Shown here one piece after another: positions 52,008-63,379 of a stretch of DNA of 64,000 bases. The position numbers and the translations under genes were made by a program. The notes under the pieces are model-generated. The model was not told where the DNA came from. It was given only the letters and a program-made list of their open reading frames with translations, and did not search any database. Source of the stretch: Epiperipatus broadwayi (taxonomy: Eukaryota > Animalia > Onychophora); the NCBI GenBank assembly GCA_028023455.1, contig JAQFVV010000005.1, forward strand, positions 13,640,001 through 13,704,000. The letters run 5' to 3'. Positions within the stretch are counted from its first letter, which is position 1; the number at the start of each line of letters is the position of its first letter.

Positions 52008-52709
52008 TAAAAGTTTCATCCACCTGTCTGTTTCATGTATTTTAACCCCACACCTATATCTATGCCAGGTTTAAACACTCTCAGAGTACCCATCTAAATA
52101 ACCTTAAATTACTATATATGCGGGATCGCACATATATATGTGAGTGGTAAGTCTGTAATTAAAGACTATATGTATATATTACAGATATATGTTCATTTTA
52201 AAAGATTGTGAGTTTAAGTAATAGTTGAATCTGAATTATTGGTCAATTTTATGGTTTATTTTATTGAAATTGCATACGTATATAAACGCATTCCCGATGT
52301 CATTATCCTACATATATAGTGATAAAATAAGTTTTATACAAATTATAAATGCAGCTTTTTGTTTTAGTTATAAACAACTTTTAATTAGGTCACTGCAGTA
52401 GTCTTAATATAGCTTGAGCTTAATTTTATAAATCCTGAATTTTAATGACAATTCTCAGAATTTTATAGAGTTGTAATAATAAACCAAAAAAGAAAAAGGT
52501 AGAAAAACAGAATCTAAATTAGTTTTAGTAATTAAATGTTTTTCTAAAATAAGTTAATAGATTTCTCAACTGCGGTCAAGCTTGTAAACAACCAGATGGT
52601 CAGAATTAAGAAAAATATAAATAGTTCAACTTTTGTAGCCAAAAGATCGGTTATATATATAATTGAATTGTGAGCTGAACCCACACCCGTTTTACCTTTG
52701 AAATGGTGG
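52008..52709 (+). repeat. 5' part of the 3' LTR (family A)
   Basis: High similarity to 43117-43800 and 8419-9080. Preceded by the same tttttaagttt...gata junction as 8419. Confidence 0.8.
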
Positions 52710-54119
52710 CTGAGACTAAACTCTCCACTCACTTCAACTATAGAAGTTACTCTACTTTGTCCACCTTCCCCATATGCTGTAACCCTCCTTAAGCTAAATA
52801 AATCATAGCCTATATAGCTAACTCTGTAGATTGGATTCATAAATTCCCTTAATTAGTACTATTAAGAGTACTGTAATATGAACTGATGTGGGTAGTTTCA
52901 TGAAAGAAACTTGTATTTTGGTCTTAATTTTTAAATATGATTATCTAGTCAGTGGTGCATATGTGTCCTTACGAAACGCTAAGGCTTATTTTCTTATTGC
53001 TGTATTTCTTTAATGGTTGCATGTCGTCGTGCTGCATCATTACCTTAGTTCGGGAAATTATCTCTTCAGGTGGTGACTGGTACATGCCAACCCATCCTGC
53101 ATTCGTCTAAATGGAGCATGAGACTCATCCAGAGCGTAAGACTCCCATTCACATATATAAATTGCTCGATCTGCCGAACTAAAAGGGCCTCCAATACCAC
53201 AGCAATGAGAATCGGTCCCAGGGAACCGTTACACCGGTAAAAATCCCGTGAATAAGGCACATATGAGACGCAACAAGACTAAAGGTTATATGTTCTTTAC
53301 GCACTTGTATCTGAAGTATAACTTCCGTTAGTCAGTTCAACCCGCCATTTTAATAGTTAATTCAGCATTGATCTGAAAGGGAATCCAATCAATATAGTAT
53401 TTTACTGTGTAGAGAATATATTAAAGTATTTGTGCTAGTTATGTTAAATTATGTTCTGTTAAAATTAATTATCACTTCCACTAATATGGCAAATCTAGAT
53501 CCTTTATAGCATAAATCTGGCATAGATAACCATGAGCAAAGTCAAATCGTTCTGAATTAAAATTCATATTAAACTCATGTACAAATTTACTGTAATATCA
53601 TTTTATCACCTGCGAGTGATAGAGATATATATGTATAGCCAAATAAATAATTGATTGTAACTTACATACTATCACCTGCGTGTGAGATCAAAGAAGTTAC
53701 TTACACTATTGTTATTTAAGTTTATTATTTACGTTGAATGTTATTAAATTGATTTTAAATTTATTTTGGTTTTTTGTCTTGATCTTGCTCACCAACTCAC
53801 TTTTATAACTTATTGAAATTTTATATATAATTAATAATGTTAAGTGTGCCACATGATACCTATATAGATACGCTATACAAAATACCCATTATTGCCCGTC
53901 TTATGTGCTACTGATGAGCTACTGCCAGCATGTGAAGGATTAAAATTCTGCTGTGACCTCAACTGTGTCGTTTGTAAGGTTGTAAGTCTATGAGCAATGG
54001 TAGAGGAACTAGGGTTAGGCCAGAGCCGTGGCTTCCACCACCGTAAACCTGGTCGGCCTTAGGATGATCTATCAGAGTTCTAGATTTTGTTGCGTAAATG
54101 CACATATTTGACCATTACA
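52710..54119 (+). repeat. Diverged LTR-A-related 3' half
   Basis: Patchy similarity (ctgatg-ctactgcc; ttctagattttgttgc...cattaca) ending at the same cattaca terminus. Confidence 0.45.
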
Positions 54120-54705
54120 ATATTTTAATGTGTATCATAGTGTATATTGAAACAGTTAGATTTGCTTTGCATATCTTCATTTTACCTTTTCTACCCTCAT
54201 ACCTTAGTTTAAACTCAGACTATCGGAGTGTGTCTGCATTGCGTTTATATGCTGAAAATCCCACCCAATTTTAAACCACGAGTACAATGCTTTTATGTTT
54301 CTAATTCCCAGTATAAATAACTAATGTAAATTATGGGTATGTACACATAAAAGATACTTGTTTAAAAAGTAGGTTGTGATATATTTATTTTCAAAACTTA
54401 AGTTGGAATAATATGTTGATATGTAAAATTATTTCTGTTTAAATCTCTTTTAGTTTCAATTATATTTATCTTATAAATAGATTTAAACATTAGAATTTAA
54501 AAGAAGTAAGTTCTTTTAGATTTAAAATCACACCATCAATTGTATGTAAAAATAAATGAGAGTTGGTAAGAAAACAATAGTTTAATTAATATGTTCTAGT
54601 GACTTATCTAGAAATACAGCAGATGTCCACTTAAGTAAATTTTAATTAGCGAAAGTTTTTTTAATGGAATCAAAGTTTTAATCCGAATGTCTACAGGGTA
54701 GTTAA

Positions 54706-54786
54706 CAATAGAAAATTTAATTAAAATTTTGTTGAATTCCTTTGGTCAATAGAAAATTTAATTAAAATTTTGTTGAATTCCTTTGG
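54706..54786 (+). repeat. 41-bp-period tandem duplication
   Basis: caatagaaaatttaattaaaattttgttgaattcctttgg occurs twice. Confidence 0.9.
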
Positions 54787-55647
54787 ATGTTCGGATGGGT
54801 TTGATTGCAGCTTTGATAAGATAGCAAATTTTGGTATATTTGTAATGCTCCAGGGCAGTTTTATTGTACAGCTCTGATATATATAGAGGGTTTTTCTTTT
54901 GTTTGGGAATTATTACTACTACTCTGCTGACAGTTTGTTTTTAAGAGAACAAATAGCCTGCAAGTTTTTATTATTGAAGTCGAGATTTCATCTTCCAGTA
55001 GACTAAAAGTATTCAAATATATTGCATCTAAAGTGCTCTCTGAAAAGTTAAATTTTCTGAGAGTTTAAGAATCTCGTAAAACTGCACACCCCAGCCTTTA
55101 ATGGAAATCCTAAAATGACCGAGTAGAATCAGCAAGAAGGCAAGAAGGCTATTTTCCTTTCGGAAATGGCCAGCCACTGCACAACATACCATCTGATGCC
55201 TTCACTTAAGAAGCCCTGAAAACTGCCACCGCTGCTAAAATGTGAACTGTGAACCAAAATTTGCTGTCAAATTCTTATGAGTGCTGCTACCGTCAAACTG
55301 GAAAAGTCTCCACCTGAAATTGCATTCAAATGCCTACTTTCTGACGAGGTAACAGAGCTCTTGCGATATATTCCTTCTAAGCTATAGCTAATTCCATTTG
55401 TTTCTATTTGTTTTATCTTATAATTCTGTTCTTGTTTCTTTAAATTCTGTAACTTAATTAGGGTACTCTATCTCTATACTTGGGTTAATATTTTGTATTT
55501 ATTAATCTGTTTTCCTTTTATTATGATGGTGTGCCAGCATAGCCATCAACCGAACGAATTACTCCATTTTTTATTTAAATCAAGACACTGCCATTAACGC
55601 GTTTTTTAAATTATAAATTTTGTCCTATTTTATTATCTCGTTAAATT

Positions 55648-55740
55648 ACTTGTTCGAGGGCTTTCTTACTATTATTCAACTATTTAATAATTTCACTCGT
55701 TCGAGGACTTTCTTACTATTGTTCAACTATTTAATAATTT
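55648..55740 (+). repeat. 47-bp-period tandem duplication
   Basis: gttcgagg(g/a)ctttcttactatt(a/g)ttcaactatttaataattt occurs twice. Confidence 0.85.
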
Positions 55741-56059
55741 TGCAGTTAAAATCCACACGTTTATTGGTTTTAACATATAAGAATATGTGCGAGGTCAATG
55801 AGTAAATATTTAACAAATGTATGATTGCAAAATTAACATATTTTCTTTTAAAACCCCGCAATTATGCATTCTCCTATTTTAAATGTTTTATTATTTTGCT
55901 TAATTTCCAAGCCTTGTAATTTTGAGGTCGAGAATGTGCAGACTTTCTTAAAAATAAATATTTCGGGAATTGATTAGCTGCTTTATCAAATTAAATAAAT
56001 CTTTTTAAAATATTTTATGTACTTTATTCGACTGTTGGGTGTTTGAGACTGCTTTGTTC

Positions 56060-57895
56060 CTCCAAAGGGCTTTAAATAGCTAACACTGTTTCCCCTTCAT
56101 GGTCTGCTCTGTTTTTCTGGGGTTGTTTTTGCGATGCCTGGTTGCTCACTTACAAAGATCTTACCAAGTCCATGAGTCCCAGCAGGGATTTATGGCTGGT
56201 AGGTCGGCTGATACCAGTGCCATTGCAATGCAGTCCTTGATTGGCATGGCCAGGACTAGGGGTCCTTTTATGGTGTTTTCTGGACATAAGCAAGGCATTT
56301 GACCACGTTACTCATAAGAGTATATCAAAGGCATTATTTTATGCAGGCTGTCCAGATTCCATCATTAGTCTTGTTTAAGATCTTGTACAAGGGTTTGTGA
56401 CCACCTTCTGTCATCGTGGAGGTCAGTCAGACAGTAAAATCCCCATCACTAGAGGCTGAGGTAGGGTGACCCTATGTCTCCTTTCTTATTCAATCTGGTG
56501 ATGGATCCCCTGATATGAGAATTGAATGAGCATACTGGCTATACTCTGCCTGATGGTACAAGTATCTCAGCCTTGCCATATGCTGATGATCTATTCTTGG
56601 TGTCTGATAGTCATGCTGGTATCACTCGTCTCCTTTCAGTAGTGATAGACTTTCTATCTGCACATAATCTTTCTCTTAATGTCACTAAATGTCAGTATTT
56701 TGGCTGGGGGTTCAATGAAAAGTTGAAAAGGTTTGTTGATGGCATTTCCTCCCATTAGACATCAGGGAGTTGTCATCAGATAGATAGTTTTAGCATCGGA
56801 TATCTTGGTGTGAAGATTGATGTGTGCTGGGGACACACACTGTTCGACCACTGGAGGTTCGATGCGGTGTGGAGCTAGATGTGCCCGAAGCCTGGCGAAG
56901 GCGATCCTACTAAATCGGTATGCTCATTCCAAAGTTTTTTTATTCTATTGCACATGGTCTGCTTGGTAAGATTGCCCTCTCTCGGTTGGAAGGTCAAGTC
57001 CGAAGGCTATACAAAGCTATTTTCTATCTTCCTCCTGGATACCCAGATGCCCACATTCATCTCCCAGCCAGTGGTGGTTGTGGTGGGGTTCCATGGTTGT
57101 CACTGAGAGTATGAGGTCTAAGGCATATGCAGAGGGTGCTGGCCATGCTTCAGCTTCTCTCAGGTACTTGCTCAACCATGGTGTTGTTGGGAAGCTTGGA
57201 CAGGAGTTGTTTCTAAAGTATGGAATAAAATGGGGTATGTCCAATAAGACCATCATCGGGCATAAGGTTGGCACATCGCTGAGGAACCATGTTCACGAGG
57301 GGTGACCTGACTTACTTTCCTTTAGGAGTGATGGGATGGGCAATGAATTGCTTAAGGACAAGGCACAATTGAGAAGCGATCCCCTCATCAAGGCCTTGAA
57401 GATGAGGGTGGATCTGCTTCCCTGCCAATCTGTTACCAACAGGAGGGGTGATTTTGCCGGTCAGAGATGTAGGAGGTGTGGGGATGCTGTTGAGAATCTC
57501 CCACACATACTCCAGTCCTGTCACTATGTCAGGCTGGAGGATAAAGAGGCATGACTATTTATGTTCTCTTCTGTCTTCATATTTAGTCAATTTGGGTTAT
57601 CATGTAATGAGAGCAGGTCTGGGTGGACCCCAATGGTAACCGACTCAAGCCAGACTTAATGGGAGAGAAGGATAGGATTTACTATGCATTAGACATATCA
57701 GTACTGTGGGACTATGATTCCAGTTACCTCGAAAAGGTTAGACATGATAAGATCAGGAAATATGAGGTACTGGGCCACCACTTTTCTCAAGGCCAAGGTT
57801 TTCGGGCTGAGGGATTGGTGTTTGGAACTAGGGTTAGGTTCAATTCCCCTACTGTCAGTCTCCTACGAAGGTTTGGTCAAAAGGCTACATACTGA
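56060..57895 (+). pseudogene. 5'-truncated R2/NeSL/R4-type non-LTR retrotransposon (RT, CCHC, restriction-like endonuclease), disrupted
   Basis: HESQQGFMAG, DISKAFDHV, DPMSPFLFNLVMDPL, ISALPYADDLFLV, LSLNVTKC, YLGV, CRRCGDAVENLPHILQSC, KRHD, LKPDL, ALDISV and KIRKY. Confidence 0.92.
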
Positions 57896-59572
57896 AGCAA
57901 TTAAGGGTTCTCTTCTTCTCTTTCCCATTTTATGTCTTAGCAATCTTTGTTTGTCATTGTCCCGCAGCAATGTTCATTCATGTTTGTTATCCTGTCCTCC
58001 CTCTATCTCCTTCTCTCTATCTCTCCCGGAGGGTTTTTTTGTACTGGTGGACCATATGATGACATAGTTCACCAAGAAATTTTTACCTCCCTGAGAAAAA
58101 TCTAGCAATTAGCCAAATGCCTCATCATCTAATTAGTGACACACACCGATGGACCGATGAGATTCCTGCTGTCAAGTTACTTCAATATTTAAGATTATTT
58201 TGATTGTTACTTTAGTTTCACATACAAGGATACTTCTTATATGGTCTACAAATATGAACAAAATTTTCTTTTTCTTATTGCACCATAAATATTACATGTT
58301 GAGCTTGATAAATTTATGAAGAAACTTGGAGATTGAGGTGTTTATGATTTATTTGTTGTTAAAATTATTTATGAACTAAAGCTTGTGTTCAACATTATTA
58401 TAAGAAAATCCAGCATGCTGATGTAAAAAGTTCAAAAGCTGACTCACACAGCCATAGTGCTATTATATTAATCAAAAAAGAACTGCAATATTCCATGAAA
58501 ATAAATATCACTCATAAAAATAACTTTGTCGTGGCAGATTAAACCCCGGGTAAGATCATCTGATTTTGCCAAAATGTAACTACTTATTGTAAAGACAATG
58601 ACTTAACTAGAGTTTAACAATAAAATCATTTTTGAAAGATATTTGCTGTTATCCCAAACATTCATCTAATATAATAAAACAAAAAAGTGTATAAAACAAG
58701 AAAATACTAGATCTTTAATCAGCTGACATTGAAACTATTTAAAATCTACCAGTTTTAAACATTAAATCACTCAGTATATACAGGGATAGATATTAGTCTT
58801 ATTATTAATTAGTGATAAATAATGGTTCATGTTTACTTAACAAAAATAATTACTCTATGAAGTATTATCAGTCCTCCTGAGCCAGTAGTGGATTAACAGA
58901 GGTTTAACTTCAAAAAAAACTAGGAAACTTTCAACTTGACATGTAGATGTTACTTGTTATAGGTGTAGCACCCTAATTATTTAATCTTTAGGGAATCGGG
59001 GTAGCTCAGTTGTCGTAAAAATATGCTTAAAATTTAAACAAAGAATTAAATCGATTATGTAAATTCAATAACAAAATTTCAGAGGGTGTTAATTAATTCT
59101 TGAGCAGTAAATAATCTTGTTGACAGCAAGGTGCTCTAATCCTAGAATCATATAAATTGGACATATTTTGACCTGTGATAAATCAGTAATATAGCTTAAA
59201 AATTATATTTTGTTAATGGATATTGTAAATGTTAAGGTCTGTTATCAATTGTATTTGCCTCACCTACTGATAACTGGTATCCAAGGAGGGCTTATAATTG
59301 GCATCCGAGGATGACTCAACAGGTTTAACACCATCCTCATATAAAGTTGTTATCAGAGGCAGAGAAATTCAAAGGACCATCTATATTTTGGATTTGTAGG
59401 GTTTGGATAGGAATACAAGAACATGAACATTAGGCAAGATTATTGAGATATATGTGTACTAGGAGTCAATTTGTAAAATATGACAAAATTAGCAATCACA
59501 GGTTAATCAATTTTCCAATAACTCTGCAACTGAGAAAGACCAAGTAACACCAGTAAATATAATTTTTTATAC

Positions 59573-60494
59573 TATATTAAATACGCTTAACGTATATAGT
59601 GAAATTAAATTCAACGATTATATTAATATTTCTTAAGGCTAAGCGCTTTCAGAGCTTTCACTCATATTCATAGCCTTTTAACGTAGTAATTTATGCAAAT
59701 CTATGCAAGCTTATTTATATTGTCCATCTCTTTGAAATGGAAAAGCATGTGTCTCTCCTGTTTATTGCTTTCAAATCTCTTGATATATACCATGCTTCTT
59801 TCACCTTCCTTTTGATGTCATTTCTTTCAGTTGTAATTATCCTAGCATTTGCAGGTTCGAATTCATGATTAGTCTCTATTTGGTGGTCCACAAATACTGA
59901 GCTGCCTTCGTTTGTTCTTAATACTCTTTTATATAAGTATTTATGCTGAGCCACTCTGGTGTTTATAGTGGCCCGAGTCTCACCATAGTATACTGCACCG
60001 CAGTCTGCTTGACCTACAATCAACACCACATGTTGTGTACAGGTTGGCATGCCCACAAGCAGACTGCGGTGCAGTATACTATGGTGAGACTCGGGCCACT
60101 ATAAACACCAGAGTGGCTCAGCATAAATACTTATATAAAAGAGTATTAAGAACAAACGAAGGCAGCTCAGTATTTGTGGACCACCAAATAGAGGCTAATC
60201 ATGAATTCGAACCTGCAAATGCTAGGATAATTACAACTGAAAGAAATGACATCAAAAGGAAGGTGAAAGAAGCATGGTATATATCAAGAGATTTGAAAGC
60301 AATAAACAGAAGAGACACATGCTTTTCCATTTCAAAGAGATGGACAATATAAATAAGCTTGCATAGATTTGCATAAATTACTACGTTAAAAGGCTATGAA
60401 TATGAGTGAAAGCTCTGAAAGCGCTTAGCCTTAAGAAATATTAATATAATCGTTGAATTTAATTTCACTATATACGTTAAGCGTATTTAATATA
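59573..60494. mobile_element. Penelope-like element family C: head-to-head inverted duplication of GIY-YIG domain plus pLTR
   Basis: Arms 59573-60011 and 60056-60494 (439 bp, 2 mismatches found) with a 44-bp spacer. The frame VYRLACPQADCGAVYYGETR...KRKVKEAWYI...AINRRDTCFSISKRW is clearly homologous to the PLE-B endonuclease. Confidence 0.92.
60390..60432 (+). ncRNA. Hammerhead ribozyme-like motif, A3-U8 core variant (mirror copy 59635-59677 on minus strand)
   Basis: aaggct|ATGAATA|t-gagt-gaaa-gctc-t|GAAA|gcgct|t|agcctt: perfect 6-bp stem I, stem II capped by a GAAA tetraloop, palindromic AGCGCT stem III. Confidence 0.7.
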
Positions 60495-60699
60495 TTACAT
60501 TGTTATCAATAGTGAAGAAAAATCGGAAATTATACTATATTATTTAGGCATGAGAAGTTAGGAAAGGAATAAAAACAATAGGTTTAACATGGAAGCACAG
60601 CAAGAAACATATACACCATTTCTTTGGTGAAGGATGGCAAATTAACCATTATAAAAAGAGCAACAACAGTACTTATTATCTACAAAAAAATTTAAAGTA

Positions 60700-61260
60700 A
60701 TCAATTACCTAAGCACAAAGGTAAAGAAGAGGATCGATGAAATGGAGAAAAAGGATAAGCAGGCCCAGTACACCTGAAAAAGTATGGGAGACCTAATAAT
60801 GGTGCTCCAGCTAAAAATGGAAAGCATTCTAGAGATGGAAAATCGCCACCAGCAGGCCCGTGATGGAAATGCTACACAAGCATCAGAAAAACATGGCCGA
60901 AGTGGAAGCGGGAAACAACCGACAAAGTCAAGTTGATAGAGATTGTTGGTAGAGAGAATGAAAGAAGCTCTGCCGAATATGGGCAGACAAATCAAACCAT
61001 CAGAGACAGGGCAGAAGAAAAAAGGAAAACCCGGGGCTTGACTTTATCAGGGTGTGGGTATCAGTCAGCTTAAGACACATGTGACGTGAAAATTAATAGC
61101 CGCAACTCAACAATCCCATTGCCTGATGTCGACAGGAAAATACCTGTTTACGGTGTACTTCGGTCCATATCACCTAACGGAATGATATGGTGGCGATCGT
61201 TACATGGCAATGCACAAAGGTAACCTAGTGGAGATTTATCATCCCTGAAATTTAAAGCCC
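60700..61260 (+). pseudogene. Possible heavily deleted Gypsy-like remnant (coiled-coil piece fused to GPY-like piece)
   Basis: Purine-rich frame KKRIDEMEKKDKQ...LQLKMESILEME and a later YFGPYHLTE...GNLVEIYH. Weak evidence. Confidence 0.3.
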
Positions 61261-62700
61261 TTCAGAGATAAACTCCCAGATCCTACTTAACTTAGATAAA
61301 TTTATCTAGGGATCTATTTTCCCAAAATTGTAAATTTGTATATATTTATATACTCACCAATTTTGAAATGACAGATATTCAACTTGGATACTGAAAAGTA
61401 TACAAATAGTTTGATGTATTATTTTAATTTTTTATTTATCATGACATTGGTTACATCATAAATTTAATGGTGGATTGATAAAGGTCCAGGAAGAATCTCA
61501 TTAAGCAAGATTAACTTTTAAAATCCAATGCTAAAGCTTAATTTATGATTGCGTACAAATATAAGTAAATTCATTTTTTTTTCCTCTCATTTTTTTTGTG
61601 ACTTCAAGGATATGAAATAGTATTTATTGACACATCCTGTCTCACTTATGATTCATAGTAGTATTTATTTTATTCAGATATCAACCTTAATGAAGTGCAC
61701 GTATATTTGGGTATATTTAAATAAATTAGTGTGTTAACATAAATATATATATAGCTGTACATAATATGTATATCTAATTATAATTTATATAAATTAAAAC
61801 GTAAATTGTATAAATATTGCATACGTATGAGCGCACCAACATATATATATGTGAGTGAAGCTGCAATAGACTTAATAAGCGTTGCAAAGCAATTATAAAA
61901 TATATTATTTTCCATCTTTCATTTGTTATAAATTTAATATACAAATTTACCCTTATTTCATTTACAACTCGCACATAATTTCTCAATTCCCGAGGTGATT
62001 GGAAAATATCACATCACACACACTTGGTTAAAGTTGTGTGGAGATTAAAAACACATTTTAAAAATAGTTCTAAAATATAATTTGGGACAAAGCAAAATCA
62101 CTCATAAGCTGCACTATTTTGTTATTCACTCAAAATTTGCTTTTGTCTTTTCTAAAATATTAATACTGACTTTAAAAGTTAATAAAACTATGCTAAAATA
62201 AAATGAATAATGATTAAGTGTAAATTGGCAGGTGGATACTGACTTAACCAGGTATTTTGTATATATGTAGGTTTATAAATAATTTGATCTCTTGATGAGA
62301 TTTCTCAATGGAATGTACTCACTTGTAAATAAATAATATATATATATATCATGTTTGTGGTAATAGTAAATATGACTTTGTCCAGAGTGTTTGAATCATT
62401 AAATAATTTTAAGCTTATCAATATATGTGTCTTAAATAGTCTTCCTGTTCACTCATCATCATCATTAAATAGGATCTCATGTTGTACGCTGTAGCTCCAG
62501 GCCTGGAATTAAAGAATGTATGTTATATCACCGCAAGGGTTGTTCATATTGTCTTAGATTTGGGGAATGGGCAAATAGGTTTGGGTTCACAATTTCTCCT
62601 GACCTGCTTATGTTGAGCATGAATGGATTAGAGGTATTTTGCTCAGATTCTAAGACATGTTGGCTGGACATACATTTTCGACTGGTACAATACTTTGCGT

Positions 62701-62930
62701 TAATTTTTGATTTATTTCATAAGCTTTGAAATTAGCATTTATGATTTTTCTAATTATTTGTTAAAACTAGATAACGTAAATAGCTTTTGATTTATTTCAT
62801 AGAATTTCGAAAATAGCATTTGTGATTTCTTCTAAAAAATGTAGTGAAATTCGTGTAAACACTGTTGCCTTAGGCATTTTAATTTTTGATTTATTTCATA
62901 TGCTTTTGCAAATAGCATTTATGATTTGTT
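62701..62930 (+). repeat. Three spaced copies of a ~50-bp motif
   Basis: tttgatttatttcata...aatagcattt(a/g)tgattt at ~62705, ~62786 and ~62885. Confidence 0.75.
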
Positions 62931-63083
62931 TTTTAAAAACCTCTTCATTATTACGAGCGCATAATGCATTCTCGAATTTTTAAAATTACATCCCGTTGAG
63001 TTTAAAATAGCGGGAAAACTAAGTGGTCTGCACAAGCGCTTTTTACATCTTCGGATTCATCTTTTTTTCTACTTTCTGAAAAG

Positions 63084-63186
63084 GTAAGTTCTATTTTTCT
63101 AACACAAAAATTGAGAGTTTTACAATAATTTTTGTAATCAAGTAAATAATTTTTTTACTTTTTCTGTATTTTTTAATTTGAAACAG
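63084..63186 (+). other. Candidate 103-nt spliceosomal intron
   Basis: Consensus donor AAG|GTAAGT at 63083/63084, a long T-rich tract, and acceptor tttgaaacag| at 63186. Confidence 0.35.
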
Positions 63187-63379
63187 AATTCAGTTTACTG
63201 TGAATTTTAAAAAGGGAAAAAATGGAATATTTTGCAATCTAGCAATGTCAGTATTTTTCCAGTAAGTGAGCCATGGAATTCTGATGCTTCAAGCTCACTT
63301 AGTGACTTGCCTATCAGTGTGGTTTGGTGTCAGATTCCAGTATTGCGGAGTCAGATGTGGTACCAAATCCAGAAAGACA

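Noticed and set aside
53911-53935. Canonical CTGATGAG hammerhead half-core
   Set aside because: No GAAA follows the short hairpin. The sequence is a variant of the LTR-A motif ctgatgctactgcc.
58998-59012. GGGGTAGCTCAGTTG, tRNA/SINE A-box-like
   Set aside because: No B-box or cloverleaf follows.
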